The notes beneath the pieces were generated by a model that did not search any database, had not been told where the DNA came from, and saw only the letters and a program-made list of their open reading frames with translations. A stretch of DNA of 64,000 nt from Orbicella franksi. Lineage: Eukaryota. Location: NCBI GenBank assembly GCA_964199315.1, contig OZ116699.1, positions 34,782,001-34,846,000 of the forward strand, read 5' to 3'. This document shows, piece by piece, positions 1 through 11,500 of the stretch (position 1 is the first letter of the stretch; every line of letters begins with the position of its first letter). A program made the translations under genes and the position numbers.

Positions 1-3000
1 ACTAACAAACAACAAAAGATTTAAAAAAGAAGCACTCCGATTTTAGTTTAACAGATACAACACTGGTTGTAGGATGAGTCGCTCGTTTAACATCTTCTTC
101 TCTAAAGATGTCCTCGACCAAGATATTATGATAATAATCTCTTGCCTCTACACAGGAAAAACGTTTTTCTCGCTACCACTAAAAAGTTGGACTCGACGTA
201 CTGTAACAAATACATCCTACAGGTCTTTTTAGCCGTTCAGATATAAAGACGAAAACCATTTTGATTTGAAAAAGTTGATTGGCTCAGAATACTTTGCTTA
301 AGTTTTATCATGAAATTGTGAGACCACCAAAAGTATCAGAAATTACTTTTACAACAAACGATATGGGGCCTTCATGAATCCTTCGATTTGTGCCAGAGCA
401 GTGAAACTTTATAATGAAATATGAAAAATCAAAAAGGGTTTCTCTTGAACGCTTACCTTTTCAAGAACTTAAGACTGACAATATCGAAAGCCGCCAAAGC
501 AAACACTCGTAGTTCAACGTGCAACGAGGAATGAGTTGGCAAAGGTTGTTGTCATCTTTTTATTTCGTTTATCCATGTGGTTTGCCGGCCTATTCCCGTT
601 GTTGATCGGAGGCGGCAAATTCGATAATTCCCTGCCGGCAGGTTCACGTACGAGTCACGCGCGAGCGACGAAGCCGCGAGGTTGCGAGTCAGCGAGCGAG
701 GCCAGCCGGCGTAAAGAAAGTCAGGTAATCCCTGTGAATTTTACGCCCCATCCCGGTGTCGCAGTAATCGGAGCTGACGTAAATTTTCACCGGGAGCACT
801 AAGTTCGTTTGCAAACCTGCAGCGAAACAGTTAAGAGTGGCACGGGTCTTCCTCGAGCCCGAGTCAATCTGCAGTCACGGGTGAAGTTCACGTCAACGTT
901 TATGTTGTTTTAGTTGTTTTTCTCTTACGCTGCAATATAATGTAACATATTAGGGGGGACAAGTTTTAACTCTTGTCCTCGCAAGTTTAGGAGGCCGATT
1001 AAGGCGCTGCCAATGCCGTTTGCCGGTTCAGTCAGTTTTCATAGCCTGCTGCAAGGGTTGGTATAGTTGGGTAATAGCGAAAATAGGGCTAATCTCGGTC
1101 AACTATTGGCAATCAGGTAGGGAATTACGAGTTTGTACCATTTGCATGCCAATATTTTATGTGCACTTAAATATTGTTTCTTTCCCAGTTTGTCGTATTG
1201 CCCTCGTAACTAGTTCCGCAGTGATATTCGATTGAAACACTGACACTGTCACACTGAAAACACAAATGTAAATTACAGTGTATCACGTAAAAAGACAAAC
1301 GTGCTTTGCTCGCGCCGCTAGCATTTAAACTCAGCAGCGAACTCGCTCTGCAGAAGAAAATACTAGCTGAATGAGCTTTCCTAAGTTCTTATGCTCCCCT
1401 GATCCTGGTAAGCCGACAAATTGTAGTTTCTGAACCGATAAATACCAACTCAGTCCGGATCTAATCGCTTCCCATCAAACATAATTGATTAATAGTTTCT
1501 ATCCTTCATCGCTCTTTTGCTTCGCTAAGGCGAATATTATTTATTAATGCAGGTTTATTTTAATGCAGGCTTATTTTTCCCGCCGGTTCACTTCGCTTCC
1601 CGATTCGTTCTCGCGGTTTCCCCTTCGCGCGTGACCCTTAAGTGAGTTCTCGCGTCACTCGTCGCTCTCGCGTGACTAAGTGACGTCTTTTGTATATTCC
1701 CACTTGACCCAGATTTCCTGAATGTCTTTCAATAGCTGACATGATTTATTTAAGCATGTCTATACCTGTAGATCGGCACTGAAATTCGTCGCATTCTTCT
1801 CTTGATTTAATAACATATTTCTCTTTTCGCTTGTCTGAATTTCTTTAAAGCAGCCATGTCTTTTTTAGCGTAAACTTTTATGATATCCCCAGCAGTGGAA
1901 CCCAGCAGGGAAGGGAAACATCCTTAGCCAAACCAAATCAAACTGACGTTGAAATTTAAACTTCCAAAGTACCCCTGTCTCACTCTTTAGCCGTAAGGCT
2001 TTCAAGGTCCTGTGAACTGGCAAGTCGAAGTTCGTTACAGATGATAGGAACTTCGCTAGTATCGGTCTGAAGCACGTCCAGAGGCTAAACAAAACAGTAG
2101 TAGAAGTCTGGCGGTGTAATGCGCTGTGATTGGTTAATCGCAGAACAATAACATCCCATCCGTGACGTCACGCTTGTATTATTTCCATCCATGTGAAATT
2201 GCAACTACACGTTTTTAAAAACAATTTCGATGTGTTTAGTCTCTTGGAAACATAATATTTATATTTAGGTGTACCTGGCTTTGACAAGTTTACGAAAAGT
2301 TTAAAAAGCAATCAAGAGGACAACGTGGTTTCCCACGGGTTTTTATTGAAAACTTGCGCGAGCTCAGAGCTACAACTCTTTTGTTGTCTCGTAAAACGCG
2401 ATACCCTTGTCAATTTCAAGTGGACTTAATAATCGCATCGGCGCGCCTCCAAATTTAAAATGATAAGGTTTACGACAATTTGTGGCACACTGACACGACG
2501 AGTCACGCTACTGGCAACTGGACAACAAACACTACTTTAGCAAGAAAAAGATATTCCCAAGATTTTCCCTAACAATTTTGCCTCTGGAATAGTCGCTCTC
2601 GACTGTCTGGTAGATGAACCGTAGCATACTGAAATACCCTAAGTACTAGATAGTTAAAATTCACTCCAAAATACGTCCAGCGTGGTCGGTTTGAAATTCT
2701 TGAGTGGGCGACTGAAGATAAAACCATCATTCCTTAACCCCGGGACACGCATATGGCTGTGTTTGAACACACTGTATTTTGGATCTCAATCAACCACATC
2801 CGCTGAAAATTATTGTTTTATTGCGATATATTGAATACCATCCCTGGGGGTCAGTAAATATCTGTTAAGAGTTTTCGTTACGTGACGTTTCCGAAAGGAA
2901 AATGTTCAATTAATTTGAAAAGGACTAGTCAAAATTTGACTCTTAATCTTCTACTCAACTTCTAAGTAAAAAGTCCTTTATATTTTTTTCATGATTATGC

Positions 3001-6000
3001 ATGCAAATTTGAAAATTCACTGATATGTGTTGACTGTACTTCAGCGCGATGTCTTGAGTGGTACGCGCCGAAATGATTATGTGAAACCATCACACTGCCA
3101 ATCATAGGGTAAAACTTAAGCTAAATTATATGTCTGAATATTAATTGGAATGCTAATATTAACTGCCGTTTCATATCACCCATAATAAACTTAAAAAATA
3201 GCGATAAAATTAAAATGATTATATTTTCTTTGAAATATATTTTTCATGAAGTTTGTTATGAAGCGAACAAAACTTAACCTGAATTACTTTTCTTTTAATC
3301 AATATGTTGCAGCAGGTTGCTTTAAATTCGTGTTTCAAAAATAGCCAGACAAGATGTCTGAAAGCCGGGTTGTTCAGGAATATACCAAAACAAGTTTAAC
3401 TTGAGCGACCTCGCGCAAACAAGGGAGGTTTCTTTCTGTAAAACATCGAGCCTCTACCTCTAAATTCTTGTTGATCTTCCTAATGCCGCCACGCTTTTTC
3501 GAGTGTATTATTAGGGCTATTAGTCCATCAGACAAAGTAGGTCATGTGATGTCCAGCTGCAAAGATGGAATGGTTGCTAAGTAATTTACCCTGAGGTGGT
3601 GGGCATACAATGGTTGAAACCTTTCATAACACTGAGTTTTTTATCTTTCTTGCCAGGTCTAAGTTGGATTATAGAAATAAAATATTCTCCCTTAACGTTT
3701 GCAAGGATTAGTCAGAATCTGGAATTAAAATTTCGATATAGCAGGTTGCTGTAATGTAAATTAATTCCCATGGTCAGTTGATGAACTAAATAAGCGTAAT
3801 ATTACACTTCGATTTATGTTTCAGTTTCTAACGTGGTGCAAATATGCAAAGGAAACTCAGTAATCAGTTATGAAATACTTGTTGATTTTTCACTTCAGTT
3901 TTGTCGGTGGTATTACAGCCCTTTTGTACTGAAATGCTAAGACGTTCCGTTTATATTGAACACAAGTGTGATCCATGCATTGTTTGAGAACAAAAACTTA
4001 TTTGGTGAAGATTTTTTAAAATCTCTTTAAAAAGAGCTGTACGTGCAAACTTCCCGTAACGTCAAAAATGACAGTTTATTCACCGTGCAAGACAGACGGT
4101 GTGAGATTAAAGACTATTAAGAATGAATAAAAACGATGAAATTGTGCTTACTTCAATTGCAAGTATAAATTGCAAATATGAAAGAATAGACAATCTGAGC
4201 TGAACAATAAGCTAACGATCCTTCGAGAGGCTTAAATTGTACAAAAATTGAGCAGTAAACAAGTGGATGTTTTCAGATATAGTCTGGTCTGGAGAAGGTT
4301 TCTGAAAACAGCTAGCAATTCTTTGTAAACGAAGCGAAGTAAGGAATAATAGTATTTAGAAAATGGTTTTTCCGCCACGTGAAGTCACGTGAGTGCCTAA
4401 TAAATTTTTATAACTTTTGTAAGACTATCTTCGAAGCGAAGGATCCTTCGAATCAAAAGCAGACACCATAGGGTTTATTGAATCACTTGCATTCACGTTA
4501 ATATCTTTTTGTGAAAGAATGTTATGTTATGAAGCAGTTTCCCGGTGTGAAAGAAATCAAGTGTTGACTGGTTATTTCGTTCTTTCGTTGTAATTAATGT
4601 TTAACTTCTTGCGAACGCCACCGTGTTTACATGCGCTCATTCTAACCAAACGCGCGAAACGGCTGATCTTTCCATTCGATGCGAGAATCACACACTCTTC
4701 AATGAACAGATACTCCTGAAAGACAGTGAGCGATCCATCTGAATGAGCTCAAGCTCGGAGTAAAGGTAAATTTTCGAATTTAACGGCGCTTTTTGCTTCC
4801 TGTCGCATTGTGTTTGAATGAATTTGAAAACCGTACAATCGTCTCAAACTACCTTGTGTGTCCTGTTAATCGGGAACGAAAGAAAAAATACTAAAGGAGT
4901 TCACAGATTAGATCCAACAGTACAAAATGATTCTAAACATACCAATAACAGAGATCCAAACAAGTCCCCAAAAATTCGCCGTTCACACCACGTGGAATAC
5001 GTACAAATCGATATCACAGTCGTTCCAGCCAAATATTCATTTACAATGCAACGTGCCAAACAATAGATCAAATCAACCGGGAACCAAGCAGCCAATCACG
5101 ATCATTTTACTTACGAGCTTCTTTCTGTTTCCATTGCGCAACTAGTCGGTCAGGTTTTACCTGTATATTTATTTCACTTTCTACCTTTTTACCTTTTTCC
5201 AACGGTGCACTTGCTCTCTGTATACACTAAGTGTTGGGTCTTGCGCGAAATTACAGGGGCAACGCTTCTGACCCGGAAAAAAGAAATGGATCGACATCCT
5301 TTTCCCGAAGGAACGAAGCTTAACCTTGCGTAAACGTGTTGTGAGCAAGTTCCTTTCATAAAGGAATGGATATCTAACAACAAATTGGTTCATTTTGGGT
5401 AATCTTTAAGCAAATTTGCCATAAAAATCATTTATGTTTGTCACTTTCGAACTTGAAGACCTTCGAAAGGGATTCTCAAGCTTGGTAGTTTGCCTCGGTG
5501 TTTAAATGAACACTGTCTGCCGCTTTGTCATTCATGCATTACTAATCATTTGTAGTAAGTGGTAAATCGCTTTTAGAATTTTAATTTCAAAACATATTCC
5601 ATAATGGAATCGAGGCGTCAAAACGTTTGTTTCTGTTTCCACTAAAACTAACGCAGACGCAAGTGATCGTATTCCCAATGCATTCAAATATTCACTCGCA
5701 GTCCTCGTATCTTCTTACAAAGACCAATAGTGCTTTTCAACGTAAACCTAGCTAATTACAATTCAGGGTTGATCGACGGTGGAGGTATACTCCGACAGAG
5801 CGGCGTGTAAATTGGCAGACTCTGTTTTTGACGATAAAATGACTCACACAAAGGTGTTCCACGCAGACGTAGACCTTTCATGAGATGCTTATTAACTAAG
5901 CAAGACTTTAAAAGAAAATGGTTTATAAATACAGCTGAGTTTCGCTAAAATGCGACGGACGTCTTATGCAAATCAACATTCTTTTTGTGCATCGTGGTTG

Positions 6001-6885
6001 CCACGTTTCCCGCCTTCTTTTCCCGCCAAAACAAGAAAGCCTGACACCCGCTGGTCTGTTTTTGTCTCTAGTTTACAAAAGGATTTAGGAATAGTAAACA
6101 GCTCGAAAAGCGGCGAAGACCGCCCGTAGAACCCTCTCATATTTATTATATAGCGATAGATTTCAGTTTGATATGTTTACCCCTCAGTTTGTATCCTTGA
6201 TAATAAGGCAGCCTGAAGCTTAAAATACAAGTTAAATGCTTCGTCAAACGGTATATGAAAAAAAGAAATTGTGTAATTAGCCAGGCCATTTTTGCTTAAT
6301 CCATGAGGTGAAAATGAAATATCTTTGAATTTTAAAAAGATCACAACAGAGTTGAAACAGGAAATTTCGGAGCAAAAGTGCTCACGCAAACTTGATTTCA
6401 CTCGCTCGACAGGAGTTAGGTTTTGCAATCTTCTTCAATCTTTGTTTTTAAGACATTTCACTTGATAACAACTGAGAACAATCTATAGTTTACATATCTT
6501 TAACAAAATCACTCAAAGTAGCGTGATATTAACCTAATTATCTGGCGCAAGAGGATCATAATCTCTTGTCTGGCTGTGATAGTTTCATTATGGTATTCAG
6601 TCAAATTTTTATCAGTTAGAAGCCTTGCCTGCTGTCCTGATTTCCTGAGATATGATAGGGCCGTATACTGAGCCTATGCGTGGTCCCGTAGTGGCTATTT
6701 GGTTCAACCGAAGTCGCCTTGAATCTCTGATACGCCTTAAGCGTAGCAAATCGATCAGCTGAAAGGAACGGAGGTTCGAAACAGGGTCGTAGCATGCATT
6801 TTTATTGGAGTACGCTTGCACGGAAGAGACATGCCCTCCAGGAAATAAGAAGCAGAAGAAATAGGGTGTGGAATAATGGAAATTT

Positions 6886-7243
6886 AGGCCCCGTCTACAC
6901 TACGGAGGAACGTAAAAACGGCGTTTTCATTCTGAAAACGCATCAAATGTTTTCCGTCCACAATACGCTATAGGAATGTGAAAACGAAACACTCACCGGT
7001 CATTTTGGATTTGTTTTTGAGGAAAACTCGGTCATACAAATCACATGATTATCGTGACGTAATCGTTTTCGAAAAACTCCATTTTCAAAATGTTTCCCGT
7101 CCTCACTAAAACGCAAAGCCGGCGTTTTCAAGTTCCTCCGGTTTAAAGAGCTCCGTTTTCGTGACGGATTAGTGTGGACGGAAGGCCTAACCGTAGAAAT
7201 AAAGCTGCGTTTTTAAATTTCTCCGGCGTAGCGTGGGCGGCCC
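6886..7243. mobile_element. Non-autonomous MITE (PIF/Harbinger-like TIR), family copy 1
   Basis: Starts AGGCCCCGTCTACACTA and ends TAGCGTGGGCGGCCC (imperfect TIR), with internal GAAAACG/CGTTTTC repeats. Related copies at 20563-20872, 45132-45503 and a fragment near 52820-53050. Superfamily is inferred from TIR shape. Confidence 0.7.
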
Positions 7244-7566
7244 AATTTCCCTTGTAGACAGGATAATGTTGATGATGATGACGATGGGGCATGATGAGTT
7301 TGAACGGGGCCTTAGTGTTAAAACGTGGCAAAAAATGTTATAGATTAAACTGTTCAGCGTGGCAGTCGTGTTATGATTTTTCCATAAATTTCGCAGTTTA
7401 ATTACTTTATCATGGCTAACTTTGACCAGGTCTTACTTAAGACAAAAATATGATAAACGTTGATAATACGTCTAAATAATGCTGCCGTGCAGTGCACCTC
7501 CACATGCCCGCAGATTCCATGATTGAAATCCCTAACCAGGTATCTCAAAACTTCTGAGGCTGATAA

Positions 7567-8054
7567 TACAGTCGAACCTGTATTTAATAAGCGGCCACCT
7601 GTTAAGCGGCTACCCCCTGTTAAGCGGCCAGTTGTCAAAGTCCCGGACTTTTGTCAGTAAAATATTGTAAACAAAACGCCTATTAACTGGTCACCTCTAT
7701 TAGGCGAAAACTGCCACCTCTATTAAACGACCGCTGCCACCTTTTGGTCGCCCCAATGAGGGTTTAGTTTTATTTATAGCCCTATTAAGCGGCCACCCAA
7801 AATTTTATACATGTAGTTTACCTTTTTTTGGGAAAAGCGATGACAGATAAGAGTCCGAAATAGAAAGTGACCATTGATAAAAAACATTCAAACACACGTT
7901 TATTATCGTGATTCCATATTGCCTGAAGCATGCTTGTATTTAAATAAATTGACATTTCTACTTGCTAAACTTCATGCTAATTCCAGACGAACCCCTAGTA
8001 AGCGGCCACCTCCCATTTCCCCGAGGGTGGCCGCCTAATAGGAGTTCTATTGCA
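7567..8054. mobile_element. Tc1/mariner (pogo-like) MITE
   Basis: Begins TA-CAGTCGAACCT. Right end TAATAGGAGTTCTATTGCA is a degenerate inverse. The subterminal motif TAAGCGGCCA occurs several times. Confidence 0.55.
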
Positions 8055-8578
8055 TTTCAAAATAGTTTTGAAATTTTCCTCTGCATCTCACTCTAGCAAC
8101 ACTGCTTCGAAGGGTTAAGACGGCATTTAATAAAATCGTATTCGAAACCGGATTGAAACTAAAAGCCACAACTGTTACTCCCCATGGAAATGTAGTCTAC
8201 GCAAAGAGCGGTCCAACCCGTTGATGAAAATAGTTTAACCTCGCTTGTGGTAATTAACAGATTTTTGTGTAAAATATAACTAACTTAGTTACTCACTAAC
8301 TGTCCATTGCATCTACAGGCATGTAGGGCCAACTTAGACTTCGCTTAAATAATTGTTTCACTGTACTCAGTTTCACACACACATTTGGTGCGCCCTGTTA
8401 AAGAAAGATAATAATAATAAAAAAAGAACTGCCAACTGCATGACTGCCCAATAATTAGCTCGGATCTAAAAACTACACATTTTTATAGCAATGCTGAGTC
8501 AAGTTAGTCCTACTCTGTTTTCCTGATGGTTTGTACAGTGTTGAGGTAAAAATTCTCTACTCTTTCGTATTTTTCAAG

Positions 8579-11500
8579 TCAGTCAGCGTTTTCGAGAGTT
8601 TGTTTCTTGGTGGTGGACGATTCAAGCAAATCCCGCACAATCTCTGTGTCTCTCCTCCTCCTCGTGGTCATTCGTTGATATAATCGTAACAGGAACACCG
8701 CTGGTATGCATAAACAAGATGCGCAGATGAGGAAAGCAATTATGAAATAACACCAAGAGGGGTACTGCACGCTCTTTACATCACCCTGAAATAAATAAGT
8801 CACATTGACGATTAGCTGTACTTATTATTTAGCTTGTAATTAGCTCTCAGTCAACTATAGATTCTCATTTGAAGTTATCAATCAAATTCATCGAAGAACC
8901 TTCCGAGCGGAAAAACGTAATAATTAGCATGCGCGAGTTTTGGCCCCGCGCCTGTCTCTAAATTTGAAAACATGGCGGGAAAATTTCGTCGATCGTGTAA
9001 GCAAGGAGAAGTAGAAACTGAGAAATCTCAGTTGAAGATCTGACTATGAAACTGGACGTTTTCGGTGATATATGGAAGAAGCCTTTTCGAAGAAATAGCA
9101 CTAGAATTCACAATTTTCAAATAACAATTACTGAATCGTACTGTCCTCACACAATCTGTTGTCATAAGACTTTGGCTTCTTCAGCACAGCTAGATCAAGT
9201 CAATTTACCTTATTTTGTCTCCACGCTGAATATGTAATTGGCTTCAATCCAATGTTTAGCAGACTGCAGACAAAAATCACCAGGACTATAGCTGGAGACA
9301 CGTATCTCCATGTTATTTTCCAGTACAGACCAGGCCGCATTCGAAGCATGTACTCTATGTCATCATAAAACCTGGAAATTTAAGACACACTGTTTAAAGT
9401 TGGAAAAAAAGTCGTGTATTTCATTCAGTCTATCGTGATCAAAGCCCAAGTACATTTACATGAAAACATCACTGAAAATGTACACTAAATAAAGTATCGT
9501 GTTGTTGGAAGTTGTGTTTTGTTAGCCCAAAAACAGGCTGTTTTGATCTTCAAGACTGAATTTCACTTGTCTGTTCATAAGCAGAGCGGTCCCGAGGACG
9601 CGGTGCGTGAAAAAAGCACCCTCCCCTCTCCCTCTGGGTGTTTTTATTCAGTTGCGTATTCGGTTTCAATTGTGGCAAGGTTCTTTACCTCAAACACACG
9701 AAGAGAAACGAATATTCCTTGTGTTTTTACAAGGGGTATGACAGAACAAGTGTAACTCCTATTTAATGACCCTCCCATGTGCCAGTCCCCACCTGTTAGC
9801 GCCGTACACCCATGAAACTCCAACAAGTTCAAAGAAGCAGATAAACAGAAGCGGAAGTGTTCCTGTAAAGCTGTCAAACATCTGCAGCCAGTACTCCCCA
9901 GACCTCTGGCAGAACAGCAAACCAGTCACCATGCATAGAAAACACGTGAGCCCTGGGGGATAGATTAAATCATTTCATCTGTTATTGTGTAATTGAGAAA
10001 ATTACCTCATTGTGATTGGCTGAGAGCACGCCAATTTATCGTCAATTTTCAATTTGCACTGCAGTGCAAATTGACGCGCGCTCTTTCATGATTTCACCAG
10101 TCATATAATAAATGAGTAATCGTATGAAGGTTCGCTCAATTAGTGATATTTGAAAATTCGTTCAAATTGCACGCGCCTAAAGACACGTGCAATTATCACT
10201 CGTAGTGGAAATCCTTAATTGCACTCGCATTTATAAGATTACCCTTACTTATGGCAACAAGCGCCGTGCCTAATGAGATAAATATTCCAGAACGAATATT
10301 CAAGAATCTTCGGGAAAGATATTTTTTTTTACCATGTAATGCTAACAAACCATTGAAAAACTAACTAGAAATTAACCTGTAAGTATTTCCTTCCGCAGCG
10401 GAATCAACTTCTGATCGTGTAGTGAGTTAAGAACACCCTCCAGTATTCCAAACATACTGCCAAGACCAAGAGACAACAGCATGGAGAAGAACAACACTGA
10501 CCACAGTGGCGACAGAGGCAGCTTGAGAATGGCTTCAGTAAAGGCAATGAATGTCAGACCAGGACCTTGAAAAGACTGAACGAAATGAAAAACAAATAAG
10601 ATCAATGTTGGCAACGCTTTTGATCGTAACTGAATCAATCTGGGGAGCAAGCAATTCCTAGTTGACCGGGCCAGCATTTTCCTCGATCAACAGAGGTTGA
10701 CGTGAGTGCAGTCTTATAATTAACATGTGTTTGTATTAGAACATTCAAGAAATCTTCAATAACTGAACGACTCGATGATACTGAATACCTAAAGGAAAAA
10801 TATAAAAAGTAACGTAATTCGACGTTTCGATGTATCCAACATCATTATCAAGAATAAAAATCGTTGAATGTCAAAGTTGTTAAAAGAGTTGAGTTATGAA
10901 TATCATTAGATGGCATTCCTGTGTGCGTGATAATTATGCTAATGAAATAGCTTCGCGCGAATCGAGTCAGATGGCACGTTCAATTATGGTTTGAGATCTT
11001 GTATAAACAACATTTCGTAAATAAGGCAGTCTAGTTTATTACGGCACTTTTTGAGGACCGAAAAATTGTCCGCGATAGTTGGTTTGTCGACTCCATTTTG
11101 TTTCACATCGTTTACTGTTAGGACCCGACTGAAATGGCACAAGCTCATAGAAATGTGGAGTTTACGCAAACAAGACAGGTCTTGGTCCTCTCCATGCATA
11201 AACTTCAGTCACATTATTTCCATCGAAACTGGAAAAAAGGTTACTTTAACTTTACACATTATCGCAAACAGGATTCGACCACTAGGAACTTGGAAAGACT
11301 GCTGCAACTTTTGCACTCCTACCTCAGAAAGCCAGTGTTCCAGATTATGACATTTTTTGTCAAGCGTCATTCCGGGAGGAAGATTTGTGTTGTTCACTCC
11401 TCCATATAACCTTAAGCATTCATCGTACGAATCGTGTGCCTGTTTAATACAATGAAACAAATCAGCTCAGAATTTTTCTTGTTAGGCGACCTATACTAAA

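Noticed and set aside
1865-2092. Possible terminal exon (PLDVLQTDTSEVPIICNELRL...) or the listed 75-aa ORF
   Set aside because: No recognisable domain and no partner exons could be linked.
4901-5393. Short minus-strand ORFs and a GTAAGT donor suggesting a gene start
   Set aside because: Joining them needs an intron of about 32 nt and gives no recognisable protein.
7580-8010. Repeated TAAGCGGCCA with variable spacers (CRISPR-like look)
   Set aside because: Short, irregularly spaced subterminal repeats inside a TIR element in a eukaryote; no cas genes.
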